Shown here: one piece after another, positions 29,565 through 38,916 of the stretch
How the letters are laid out: each line of letters opens with the position of its first letter
Position numbering within the stretch: position 1 is the first letter of the stretch
Source: Candidatus Melainabacteria bacterium 17Bon1m
GTDB lineage: Bacteria > Cyanobacteriota > Vampirovibrionia > Obscuribacterales > Obscuribacteraceae
Length of the DNA stretch: 64,000 nt
Assembly: GCA_032128875.1 (NCBI GenBank)
Contig: JAVLKG010000006.1
Span: 314,828-378,827 of the forward strand
Direction: 5' to 3'
Program-made: the position numbers and the translations under genes
Notes under the pieces: model-generated
Databases searched by the model: none
Seen by the model: the letters and a program-made list of their open reading frames with translations, nothing else
What the model was told of the DNA's origin: nothing

Positions 29565-30638
29565 ATGTCAGTTGCCAAATCAACAACCTCCAAGACTAAA
29601 GCCAGTAAGGTTTCTGCTGCTACTAGAAATTCGTCTACTTCGAACTCGAAGCTGAATTATGAGTATGCGCCGATGGAAGCTCTGCTGCAGGACAAATTAC
29701 CTTCGGGAGATAAGTGGCAGTATGAGCCGAAGTGGGATGGTTTTCGATGTATCGCATTTCGCGATGGAGATGAGATAGAGCTGCGTTCGAAAAGTGGGCA
29801 GTCTTTGAGTAGATATTTTCCTGAAGTCGTTGATTCTCTTTCGAAATTGAAGGCCGATAAATTTGTGCTTGATGGCGAGTTGGTTATTCCTGTCGGAAAC
29901 ATTTTTTCGTTTGACGATCTTTTGCAGAGAATACATCCGGCAGAGAGTCGTGTCCGAAAGCTGTCCGTGGAATTTCCTGCCTCATACATCGTATTCGATC
30001 TTCTGAGTTCGGACGATGGAGAAAACCTGACGTCGCTGAGTTTGAGAGATAGACGTCAAAAATTAGAGAAATTCTCTGGCAAGTATTTGAAGAATCATAA
30101 AACGATAACTCTAAGCCCAGTTGCTTATGACATTGCGGATGCGAATGAGTGGCTAAGCAACTCTGGCGCCATCATAGACGGTGTTATTGCCAAAGACGTT
30201 GATCTGCCATATCAAACCGGCAATCGCAAAGGGATGGTTAAAGTCAAAAGGATGCGCACGGCGGACTGTGTTGTCGGTGGTTTTCGTTATGGCACTAATT
30301 CAAAAGTAGTTGGGTCGCTCTTGCTTGGTCTCTATGATGATGAAGGTGGTTTACACCATGTCGGCTTTACTTCATCGCTCTCGTCAAGCGAAAAAAAGGA
30401 ATTAACTAAGAAACTTGAAAGCCTAAAGGCCGAGGCTTCATTTACTGAGAATGTGCCTGGTGCTCCTAGTCGCTGGAGCAATGAAAGGAGCACGGAATGG
30501 GTGCCGCTAAAGCCTAAGCTGGTAGTTGAAGTTCGCTACGATCACGTCACTGGGGGGCGTTTTCGTCATGGTACGAAACTATTGCGTTGGCGCCCCGACA
30601 AGAAAGCGAAGCAGTGCGCGTTGGAGCAAATTTCATAA
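29565..30638 (+). CDS. ATP-dependent DNA ligase (LigC-like)
   Basis: YEPKWDGFR adenylation motif, LDGE, FDLL, GVIAK, KVK, EVRYD..RFRH..RWRPDK. Confidence 0.92.
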   Translation: MSVAKSTTSKTKASKVSAATRNSSTSNSKLNYEYAPMEALLQDKLPSGDKWQYEPKWDGFRCIAFRDGDEIELRSKSGQSLSRYFPEVVDSLSKLKADKFVLDGELVIPVGNIFSFDDLLQRIHPAESRVRKLSVEFPASYIVFDLLSSDDGENLTSLSLRDRRQKLEKFSGKYLKNHKTITLSPVAYDIADANEWLSNSGAIIDGVIAKDVDLPYQTGNRKGMVKVKRMRTADCVVGGFRYGTNSKVVGSLLLGLYDDEGGLHHVGFTSSLSSSEKKELTKKLESLKAEASFTENVPGAPSRWSNERSTEWVPLKPKLVVEVRYDHVTGGRFRHGTKLLRWRPDKKAKQCALEQIS

Positions 30639-30660
30639 GCAGTGGTTTCGCAGTCATAAA

Positions 30661-32193
30661 CTATTTGCGTTTTGTGAAAAGCGCTTTCAATGTAGTATTG
30701 CGGTTTCGGCCAAATAGCAGAGTGAAAAACAAGAGAGTTAAACCAGCCAGACCAATCAAGGCGAACGATATTGATAGAAAGAACTTACTCAATCCGCCGA
30801 CTTTTATTTTGTTAACGATTGCCTTCTTGTGTCCTGCAGATTCTTCAGTTTTTCCGAGCGCATCCTCTACATTTGAGAGCTCTTGGAGTGTTAGTCCAAT
30901 CAATGTTTCGTTGCGACTCTTTTGCGCAATTTCTAAGCAATGTTCTAACTGAATCTCCTCTTCTGCGAATTTTTTTTCGCGGCCCAAGTTTAATGCATCC
31001 GAATGAAGTTTCTCCCATTGATTTGTTAGCTTGGTTTCGTTGTTTCTGTTAATTGTCAGGCTCGAAAGAGAGATTATCAGCACCACAAACACAGTAAAAA
31101 TTGCCAGAATGGCGCCGAGAAGAATTTTATATTGCCCTGTTTTCGTATTTGTGTGCAGTGGTTTATTGCCCGCTTTGATTGCTTCCAGATCTGCCATTAA
31201 GTCAGACATACTTTGATATCTTGACGTTGGATCCTTTTGCAAGCATTTCTCAACGACTGCTCTTAGGTCTTTGCCAACGTTGGTTCCAAGAGAGGGCGGC
31301 TCGCTATTTACGTGTGCAAATAAAATCTGGATTGCGCTTTCGTTGTGAAAGGGTGCATTACCTGAAAGCATTTCAAAGAGTATGCATCCTAAAGCGTAGA
31401 TATCTCCACGTGCATCTACCTTGCTGCCGTGACACTGTTCGGGACTCATGTATTTTGGTGTGCCGAACACCTCGCCGGTTTGCGTCAAGTTGGGACCTAA
31501 ATCATCATCGCGCATCAATTTCGCTATTCCGAAATCGACGATCTTTACTTCGTTATCACCATTCCTGTTTTTGGTCAGCATTATATTCGCGGGTTTGATA
31601 TCCCGGTGTATAACTCTATTGTCGTGAGCGTGCTTCAGACCAGCGCATACGCCGAGGATTATCTCTATCACCTTTTGTTCTGATAAAGTGCGCTCTTCTC
31701 TAAGAACGTCACCAAGACTGGTGCCCTCAATGTAATCCATTACCAGGAAAGGGACACCATCTTCAGTTATTCCGAATTCTCTGGTGCCGCAAATGTTTGT
31801 GTGTTGTAGTCCTACCGCTGCTTTGGCTTCTTCTTGGAACCGCTGCAGCGCTTTGCTGTCGAATTGCCGGCCGAGTGCCAAAAATTTCACAGCAACGTCA
31901 CGGTCTAGCAGTTGATGTCGAGCTCTGTAGACAGTGCTCATTCCACCCAATCCAATCAAGGAAAGAATTTCGTAGTGTCCGCCGATTACTTTTCCCAAGT
32001 GGCGGTCGGAATAAGGCACATCTTCACTGCGAACGTCGTGGTTGACGATGGTTAGATCCGGGGATGAGTCCTGTGTTTGTTTTTCTTCAAACGTTTGAGA
32101 TGGCCCAGCGCCAACGTGACGAGCGGTTTCTTGATGCGCTTCACTTTCAACAAGTTCTATCTCTTTGGAGGTTCTTAAGTCTTTTCTGTCCAC
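30661..32193 (-). CDS. Ser/Thr protein kinase with two TMs flanking a short TPR-like domain
   Basis: IGLGGMSTVY, HRDIKPAN, DFG, GTPKYMSPE. Confidence 0.95.
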   Translation of the reverse strand: MDRKDLRTSKEIELVESEAHQETARHVGAGPSQTFEEKQTQDSSPDLTIVNHDVRSEDVPYSDRHLGKVIGGHYEILSLIGLGGMSTVYRARHQLLDRDVAVKFLALGRQFDSKALQRFQEEAKAAVGLQHTNICGTREFGITEDGVPFLVMDYIEGTSLGDVLREERTLSEQKVIEIILGVCAGLKHAHDNRVIHRDIKPANIMLTKNRNGDNEVKIVDFGIAKLMRDDDLGPNLTQTGEVFGTPKYMSPEQCHGSKVDARGDIYALGCILFEMLSGNAPFHNESAIQILFAHVNSEPPSLGTNVGKDLRAVVEKCLQKDPTSRYQSMSDLMADLEAIKAGNKPLHTNTKTGQYKILLGAILAIFTVFVVLIISLSSLTINRNNETKLTNQWEKLHSDALNLGREKKFAEEEIQLEHCLEIAQKSRNETLIGLTLQELSNVEDALGKTEESAGHKKAIVNKIKVGGLSKFFLSISFALIGLAGLTLLFFTLLFGRNRNTTLKALFTKRK

Positions 32194-32723
32194 TGGTCAC
32201 GACCATTGAGTTGCATTAGGGCAAAAGACCAACAGAATTAGGCTTCCAGGGTTTGTTATACCCGGTAATGAGATTTTTTCGGTCAAAACCCATAAAGGTA
32301 GGAACAACAAGGACTTTGACCGGTCCTTAAGGTCAGTAGGATGGGAGCGGAATTTTCGCTATTTCTTCTGCGTATCGCTAGCCAAAGCCGAATAGCGTCA
32401 GGCTAGCGAACCATCCAAATATTAAAACAGCTATTCGCCAGAAACATTGGATGAGCTAGAAACTTTGAAGATTACGATGCGGGTCGACAATTAAAAATCT
32501 GCGGATTTGTAAAGGCATTCCATAGTTCGCTTACAAATCGTGCCATTGGAAAACTGCTGTTCAAGCGATTTTGCGCTGGCGTGGTCATACATGCTGTGCG
32601 CGCGAAACCCATATTGTAAGCGTCTCCACAATTGCCTTACAATTCTCATGTGACAAAACCCTAGACGCTGTGCGCTGTTTGAGTATGATGGAAAATATAT
32701 CCATCGCACCACGAGGCAAAACT

Positions 32724-33206
32724 ATGTTGCGCTCTCGAAAAGGCACCGCCATTAGTGAATTTGCACCAGGACTTTTTCTGTTGCTTATGTTTGGTCTATT
32801 TCCAATTGTAGACGCTGTTTGCATTGGCATAGACTATGGCTCTGCGCGCTATCTCAACGAGTTGCAATTGAGAGAGGCACAGAAACTGCCGCGCTCAAAA
32901 GCGATTGATATGAACGGGTCGGTCATTAGCGGAATACCTGATGCGTGGCGTCACACACTCTTAGGTGGATTGTCGGCGACCGATCAAAAAGTGGTGACGA
33001 AAATAGAATATGTCCCTGTGCCATGGCAACCAGTCGGTAGCAATCAAACGGTCAACTTTTGGTTCGTCAATATTGCCACCACAACCACCTTCAGACCTCC
33101 CCTTCCAATTTTTCTCTTTAATGGTGTTCCGGGACTAGGCGGTCCAATTACGTTTTCAGTAGTTGGGCGTCGCCCGGTTGAGAACAACCGTTTTCTGAAC
33201 GAGTAA
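32724..33206 (+). CDS. TadE-like pseudopilin
   Basis: Class III signal peptide RSRKG|TAISEF plus hydrophobic helix; GAGG before ATG 32724. Confidence 0.75.
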   Translation: MLRSRKGTAISEFAPGLFLLLMFGLFPIVDAVCIGIDYGSARYLNELQLREAQKLPRSKAIDMNGSVISGIPDAWRHTLLGGLSATDQKVVTKIEYVPVPWQPVGSNQTVNFWFVNIATTTTFRPPLPIFLFNGVPGLGGPITFSVVGRRPVENNRFLNE

Positions 33207-33239
33207 TTTCTTGTACGAGTGATTTAGCGAATCGAGCAA

Positions 33240-33641
33240 ATGAAAAATAGAAGAAGAAAGGGCAACGCCCTAATAGAGTCGATTGTTGGCGTCGGCATCG
33301 TTTTTGTGCCGCTGGTATTGTTTGCGGCGGACCTTGCAGTGATGTTTCACGCAGCACATGCAAATGAGGAATTCGCCGAACAACTAGCACGTTTGTGTTC
33401 GACCCTTCCCGATGAGGCTAATGCACTAAAGGCTTGCTCGGATGTAATTAAGCAGTATCGCTTGCCTTCGAACATCTCAAATCTACAATTCAGTAATTTG
33501 GTTTTTGACGCTGGAACACAAGAAGTTTCGCTCACTACTTCGATGGTCGTGTCAATGCCAGTGCCGTTTCCTGGATACGAGCGTGTCACAGTTTCGGCCA
33601 ATGTAAAACAGCCTATTGTTTCCGTCCCTGTACCGCGCTGA
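33240..33641 (+). CDS. TadE/TadF-like pseudopilin
   Basis: RRRKG|NALIES plus hydrophobic helix. Confidence 0.75.
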   Translation: MKNRRRKGNALIESIVGVGIVFVPLVLFAADLAVMFHAAHANEEFAEQLARLCSTLPDEANALKACSDVIKQYRLPSNISNLQFSNLVFDAGTQEVSLTTSMVVSMPVPFPGYERVTVSANVKQPIVSVPVPR

Positions 33642-33644
33642 GGT

Positions 33645-35438
33645 ATGTACATACTCATGCAACGCAAGCTCAAAAACGCAAAAGCAGAAGAAAACGCCAA
33701 TGCAGAAGCCAAACCAGAAGCCAAACCACATGCAAATGCAGTAGCCAAACAAAAAGCAAAACGGACGCGCTCAAATAAAGGTAGCGCATTTGCGATTGTT
33801 GCGGTGTGCGCATTGCTGATCATAATTGCAATCGTCACTGGTTTTCGCATGAGCGTATTTCTAGGCAGTTCGCAAGAGATGAAAAACTCCGTAGATGCCG
33901 GTGCGCTCAATGTCGCGAAAAGCGTATTCGAATTGAAGACGAAGCCGAAAGCGTCATCATCAGGTTATGGATACAGCGACGTTACGGATTCGCAGCAAAC
34001 GATAAGTTTGGCAAATATCAACAGAGTCTGGGGTAAGAGTTTTTTGGTTAACGCCAATGCTCAGGCGATGAGCCAGCAGGGCTATGGAAGTGGCGGCAAC
34101 TCTCCAACTGATGCGTTTCAAAACGCGTCGACCGTAAACAATGATTTGTACGACTTGCTGACCAAAAAAGGAAATCTGGCAGTTTATTTCAATAAGCTTG
34201 TTTCGAGCAAACCGGCGAAGTTGTTGGGACACGGCGGCTCTGTCTCTTCCGGTGCCACAGACGAGTGGGACTCGGCGGCGCTCTACCGTGGTGAAGAGTC
34301 CAATATCGAACTCAATGATCCGCAGACGATACCGACAGGGATAAATGCAAATCTGCATACTAAGAACAATCAGACTTATTTGCAGGGCTACAACCCATCG
34401 GAAGCCAACGGAAAACACTTCTGCTTCGTCACGTTTCACGCAAATGAAGCATCGCATTTGGTGTCAAATAGTACGTTTGACCAGTGGAAGAATGTAGCTG
34501 TTCCGAATAGCACGGCTATGACCTTGCCAAATACATTCAAGGAATCTGGTCAGATTGCCGGGCAGCTTCAATTGGCTGCGGCTGCTTCTGCTGTGGCAAA
34601 TCCGATGCGCAGCTATGAATTGACTATCCCTCACTCGTTTGTAGCGATCACTCTGAATTCCATCGCTACAATCAGATTGGACGATGGGCACGGGCATGTC
34701 ACCACCTATCCGCAAATGACTTATTACTCCGATACTGGTACTGTTCAACCCTTCAAAAGTGTCGATTTAGAGAAGAAGCGCTACACATACCCATACACGT
34801 CTAGCAAATGGTTGGCGACTTCGGGCTTGTTGAGTGGTTATGTTTCGCTAGGCAATGAGCTTCAGCCGGATAATCTGTGGCAGGCGATCAATGCCTTGCC
34901 CGGCGATCATTCCGCTGCAATTACTGCGATTCTGCAACGAGTGAAGGAGTTTAAGCCTGGCTATACACAAGCCGAACTGCAGAATTTGCTGAAAGGTCAG
35001 CATCTCATAAACAACGGAGAGGATACTGTCACCTATTACATTTTTCCAAAGTACAGTACGCCTGATAATACCAATGCGCAGGTTTCAGTTGGAACTGCCG
35101 GACAGTTGCCGAGCTGGCTGAACAAAAGCGCGTCACCTGAAGGTTCGTCGAAGACGATCGTGAAAGAAACAACGCAGCGCGACAAACCGAATACAGCATG
35201 GAGCACCATTAATGAAGGGCATTACGAAATCCCGATGACTCCTAAGCCAGATTGGCCAAGTTATTCGGCAGATGTTCACAGAACCGCTGTTTCCGGCACG
35301 CTTTCCTGGCAACCCGGAACCGGTTGGAATCAGTGTCTTGGTGTTCTGAGTATCAAGCGGAAGACAGATGTTATCTTCACCGGTTGGCCTTCCCGATCGA
35401 GTGATTACATGGATGAAATTTTTGGACCTGTGCAGTAG
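33645..35438 (+). CDS. TadG-like large pseudopilin/tip protein
   Basis: RSNKG|SAFAIV TM followed by EMKNSVDAGALNVA (Tad-domain pattern); large C-terminal domain. Confidence 0.72.
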   Translation: MYILMQRKLKNAKAEENANAEAKPEAKPHANAVAKQKAKRTRSNKGSAFAIVAVCALLIIIAIVTGFRMSVFLGSSQEMKNSVDAGALNVAKSVFELKTKPKASSSGYGYSDVTDSQQTISLANINRVWGKSFLVNANAQAMSQQGYGSGGNSPTDAFQNASTVNNDLYDLLTKKGNLAVYFNKLVSSKPAKLLGHGGSVSSGATDEWDSAALYRGEESNIELNDPQTIPTGINANLHTKNNQTYLQGYNPSEANGKHFCFVTFHANEASHLVSNSTFDQWKNVAVPNSTAMTLPNTFKESGQIAGQLQLAAAASAVANPMRSYELTIPHSFVAITLNSIATIRLDDGHGHVTTYPQMTYYSDTGTVQPFKSVDLEKKRYTYPYTSSKWLATSGLLSGYVSLGNELQPDNLWQAINALPGDHSAAITAILQRVKEFKPGYTQAELQNLLKGQHLINNGEDTVTYYIFPKYSTPDNTNAQVSVGTAGQLPSWLNKSASPEGSSKTIVKETTQRDKPNTAWSTINEGHYEIPMTPKPDWPSYSADVHRTAVSGTLSWQPGTGWNQCLGVLSIKRKTDVIFTGWPSRSSDYMDEIFGPVQ

Positions 35439-36316
35439 TGATGGTGGCAATGAAAACGAAGTTCTTAGTGTTGACTGTTTCGCATATTATTTTTCTCGCT
35501 TGTATGTCATCTGTTCAAGTTGACGCTAGAGATCAGCAAAATTGTGTCGATTACCTAGCGAATAACGTTGCTACTGCTGGTGTTAACAATGGTGGCGGTT
35601 TTGTCATGAACAATGGCAAGAGCTTTGGTGTGAACAATGGTGGCGGCGACGATGAACCTCGAGTTGAAGAACCAAAGGATAGTTTGCTCAATAAGGCAAT
35701 CAGACAATACCGTTGCCGCCAGTTTGCAAACGCAGCAAACGATCTGGGCGCAGCGCTGCCAGCGGAGTTTAACAACCCGCTGTTGCACTATTACTATGCA
35801 AATTGCATGGTGCATTTAAGGCACAAAGAGTCGGCAATTCGAGAGTATCGAATTGCGTATGCTCTTCAGCCGAGTGGAACCATTGGTGAATACTGCAAGC
35901 TCTGTCTAGATCGATTTGGAATTGACGCCGAAGGTAAGAAATCGTCGCAGCCGAAAGCATTGCCATTAAAGCCGGGTTCAAAGAATTCTGTCCCAGATGT
36001 TCCTGAGCCACCTAGCGCTACCGAGTTGGCAGCATTGAAAGCAAATCCTAAAGACGGTTCGGAAAGTGCACTTGCCCGCGAGAAGTCTGTGGAAAACTTG
36101 AAAGATTTGATGCAACAGAAGAAACGTGCAAATGGCTCACCTCTACCTTCTTCCGTGGGCACCAACCTTTATGTTCGTAACTACAAAGAATCCATGATGG
36201 CGCCTGAAAAACTTGCGCAACGGCCTTCCGGTATCAATAAACAGGCACCGCAATCTGTGCCTTTAACAAACAAACCTTCGTTTCCGCTAAAAGGTTTCAA
36301 ACTTTGGTGGTGGTAG
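35438..36316 (+). CDS. Exported TPR-containing protein
   Basis: Signal peptide; LLHYYYANC...AIREYRIAYALQP TPR; coupled to the TadG-like gene. Confidence 0.7.
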   Translation: MMVAMKTKFLVLTVSHIIFLACMSSVQVDARDQQNCVDYLANNVATAGVNNGGGFVMNNGKSFGVNNGGGDDEPRVEEPKDSLLNKAIRQYRCRQFANAANDLGAALPAEFNNPLLHYYYANCMVHLRHKESAIREYRIAYALQPSGTIGEYCKLCLDRFGIDAEGKKSSQPKALPLKPGSKNSVPDVPEPPSATELAALKANPKDGSESALAREKSVENLKDLMQQKKRANGSPLPSSVGTNLYVRNYKESMMAPEKLAQRPSGINKQAPQSVPLTNKPSFPLKGFKLWWW

Positions 36317-36337
36317 TCTCTAAGTGGTGTGTCGGAG

Positions 36338-36407
36338 GCTTGCCGACGTTGGGCGGCAAGCTGCCGCCTGTCCAATGAAAGAAGCCAGCTGGGATAAGCT
36401 GGCTTCT
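36338..36407. terminator. Two hairpins between convergent genes (probable bidirectional terminator)
   Basis: GCTTGCCG/CGGCAAGC (36338-36361) and AGAAGCCAGCT/AGCTGGCTTCT (36380-36407). Confidence 0.6.
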
Positions 36408-36435
36408 CTACCACCGAAGTAATGGTGTTGAATGA

Positions 36436-37614
36436 TTACTTGTCTAAATTGTCTTCAGCTATCGCATCTGCGATGAGTTTGTATTGTCTTGCCAATATTC
36501 CGCTCAGTGCATATTTTGGACCGGTCGTCGGGGCTAGACGTTCTAAAGTTTCCTTGTCTCTGAAAACCTTCGGAACTGTTTTTTCCATTTGTGAGTGCGT
36601 CATGCCGTTTGCCGTTTTTTCTATTGACGACATTTGTTTTGCCATCTGAACTTGAGCGGCAAGTCCATTTACGGCAAGAGCTTGCAGCCTGGTTGTTTCG
36701 GTGTCGCTGTTTAGCGCGAGGTCTGCCGCCCGCTCTTTCCCATAGATGCCAAATCGATCAAGGCTACCGCTTCTTTGCTCAGCAGTGACCTCACCTGACG
36801 ACGAAATTGTGAGGTGCGATTCCTTTTCAGGACTAAAACCACCTAGATATCCGCCGCTAGTCGCGTTTTGAAAGTTTGTTAGAACGTCGAGCGAGTACTG
36901 TCCGTTATTATCAATGACATTAACAGTGGTGCTAAGAATACTAGTCAATTCACGTGCCATGGCTTGGAGTTTTTCCTTCCCAATGGAATCGCCCTCCATC
37001 TCTTTGAGCATTGACTGAATCTGTGTCATGTCGCCCGATACTAGAGCCTGCATAGCGACTTGCGTTTCGGCTGAGATTGGTGCGTTGTGCGGAATGAGGC
37101 GTCCATCGCCTTCATCTGCAAGTCGTTCAATTGTCTCATTTGCTGTAGAAATTGCATCACTATTAGGCGTCTCAGCCGCTGTATATGGTGGTGCTGGTCT
37201 TTGACTAGATCTGTTATTTGGTAGCACATCGATGCCGTCCATCACCTTTGGTTGACTGGATTTTTCGAGTATTCTGATCACTTGTCCGTTGGGGTTTTCA
37301 GGGCTAGGTTTTGAACGTTCAACCGTTATTGTTTCGTCTCCCGGCGCTGCCTTACCGGAAAATACAGAACTTTGTCTGCCGTCCTGGTGACCGTGACCCA
37401 TCGTAGGATCCACAATTTGAAAAGTATTATTGATCCAATCGCGGGCGCTTCCGCCGAGTTCCTTTGCACCGCTAAAAATCTTTCCCGCATCTTGCATCAG
37501 GCTCTGGTAATCGAATTGTGGCATAGCTGTTGAGCCTAGACCTCCAGCTTCAGCATGGTTGTCGCCTGAAGTGTGCTGTGGTTTTGGCTCTTGTTTTGCG
37601 ATTTCATTTCCCAT
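36436..37614 (-). CDS. Hypothetical protein without signal peptide
   Basis: GAGAGGA RBS before ATG 37614 (MGNEIAK). Confidence 0.75.
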   Translation of the reverse strand: MGNEIAKQEPKPQHTSGDNHAEAGGLGSTAMPQFDYQSLMQDAGKIFSGAKELGGSARDWINNTFQIVDPTMGHGHQDGRQSSVFSGKAAPGDETITVERSKPSPENPNGQVIRILEKSSQPKVMDGIDVLPNNRSSQRPAPPYTAAETPNSDAISTANETIERLADEGDGRLIPHNAPISAETQVAMQALVSGDMTQIQSMLKEMEGDSIGKEKLQAMARELTSILSTTVNVIDNNGQYSLDVLTNFQNATSGGYLGGFSPEKESHLTISSSGEVTAEQRSGSLDRFGIYGKERAADLALNSDTETTRLQALAVNGLAAQVQMAKQMSSIEKTANGMTHSQMEKTVPKVFRDKETLERLAPTTGPKYALSGILARQYKLIADAIAEDNLDK

Positions 37615-37818
37615 TACAAAATCCTCTCGGCAGTGTAGAAGCGCAGACGACATACAGGCTCTGCGCCGGTCGTCAATGCTGTGGTGGAGTTCGGTGGTGA
37701 ATCGGAAGGTTGGTCGCGGTGTCTTGACCGCTTGTGCCAATAGATTAGGGCGAGTATGTTGCTCGAAGGTTGCTGCCATGAAAGGCAAACAGGGCTTTGC
37801 TCTCGACGTTTTAGCGAA

Positions 37819-38217
37819 CTAAAGCGGTCTTTTCTTTGCTCTGAGCATTAGCCAACATATAACGACAAAACCTTCAATCGCAGCGGCCATGAATGTATTC
37901 TGTCGCGCGCCGTGTACCGCTGGAATTGCGAATAGCTGCAGCAGCTGAATTACAAAAATTGAGATAAGTACGATCCATCGAATCTTCTGGTGAAGTGCTG
38001 GTGCGCAACGGACTGCAAGACTAGTTGCCCAGCTTGCGCATAAATATGTTGTGACCGCTCCGCTTATCCAAAGTATATTTGTGACGAATGGCACAAAGGT
38101 AAAGAAAGCAATCGCGCCTTGTAGCGCTGCGCTCACTATGTATCCAAGCGCATAGCCTGCCATTCCCGCGAAAGGGGTGGCAATCCATCTTAGTAGGGCT
38201 TTGCTTGCGCGTTTCAC
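37819..38217 (-). CDS. Small 4-TM membrane protein
   Basis: Hydrophobic 132-aa ORF. Confidence 0.65.
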   Translation of the reverse strand: MKRASKALLRWIATPFAGMAGYALGYIVSAALQGAIAFFTFVPFVTNILWISGAVTTYLCASWATSLAVRCAPALHQKIRWIVLISIFVIQLLQLFAIPAVHGARQNTFMAAAIEGFVVICWLMLRAKKRPL

Positions 38218-38318
38218 TGGTAAAATCCGGTCAGTGCATCACAACCGATTGCACAGTATAAACCACCGGGGCACGTCTCAAAAGTAGATATTCGCATGTC
38301 ATGGTTATGTGACTTCTC

Positions 38319-38810
38319 TCATTCGTATCCGGCAGCACGACTAAATTTCCGCAGCCACCATTTGAAGTTTTGCAGTCGAAATCTATGGAAGCCGTACTTG
38401 CGCATCTCATCGTAGGCTTGGTTGAATGACCATCCCTGACGAAACATGCGAAAGATCGCGATCAAAATTCCAGTTCGGTCCGAGCCGTGGAGGCAATGAA
38501 CATAAAGAGGATGATGCTCGGAATTGTCGATAAGATCGAGAAAATTGTCGATTGTTTCCGGCTTCGGTAAATTCCAATAGTTGAGCGGCATTGAGATGAA
38601 TGTCATACCGAGGGATTCAACCGAGGCCTTTTCTGCCGCTATGACTTTCTTTCCCCAGCGCAGGCACAAAACGGTTTTGACGCCCAAATCCTTGAGTGCC
38701 ATAAAACCCTCTTTCACAGGCTGTCCACCACGATAAAGGTAGGGTTCTACCTTGTGAAAATTGCGTATAGGGACTTTGCCATCGCCTTGTTTTTTCGTGA
38801 TGTCAGTCAT
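38319..38810 (-). CDS. Protein-tyrosine/dual-specificity phosphatase (Siw14-like)
   Basis: NFHKV..LYRGGQP, HCLHGSDRTG (CX5R). Confidence 0.92.
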   Translation of the reverse strand: MTDITKKQGDGKVPIRNFHKVEPYLYRGGQPVKEGFMALKDLGVKTVLCLRWGKKVIAAEKASVESLGMTFISMPLNYWNLPKPETIDNFLDLIDNSEHHPLYVHCLHGSDRTGILIAIFRMFRQGWSFNQAYDEMRKYGFHRFRLQNFKWWLRKFSRAAGYE

Positions 38811-38916
38811 AAAAACCCAATGGAAAGTGGCACTAAATGCCAACACGATCTACTATAGCCGTCTATCACCAAAATCCGCATATCGGTACTCATCCGGCTT
38901 TCTCAAAACTTACGCA

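Noticed and set aside
32194-32723. ncRNA or small gene in the long kinase/Tad intergenic region
   Set aside because: Only short inverted repeats (e.g. CGCTAGCC/GGCTAGCG) and no convincing ORF or known RNA consensus; the 32571 upstream extension of TadE is unsupported.
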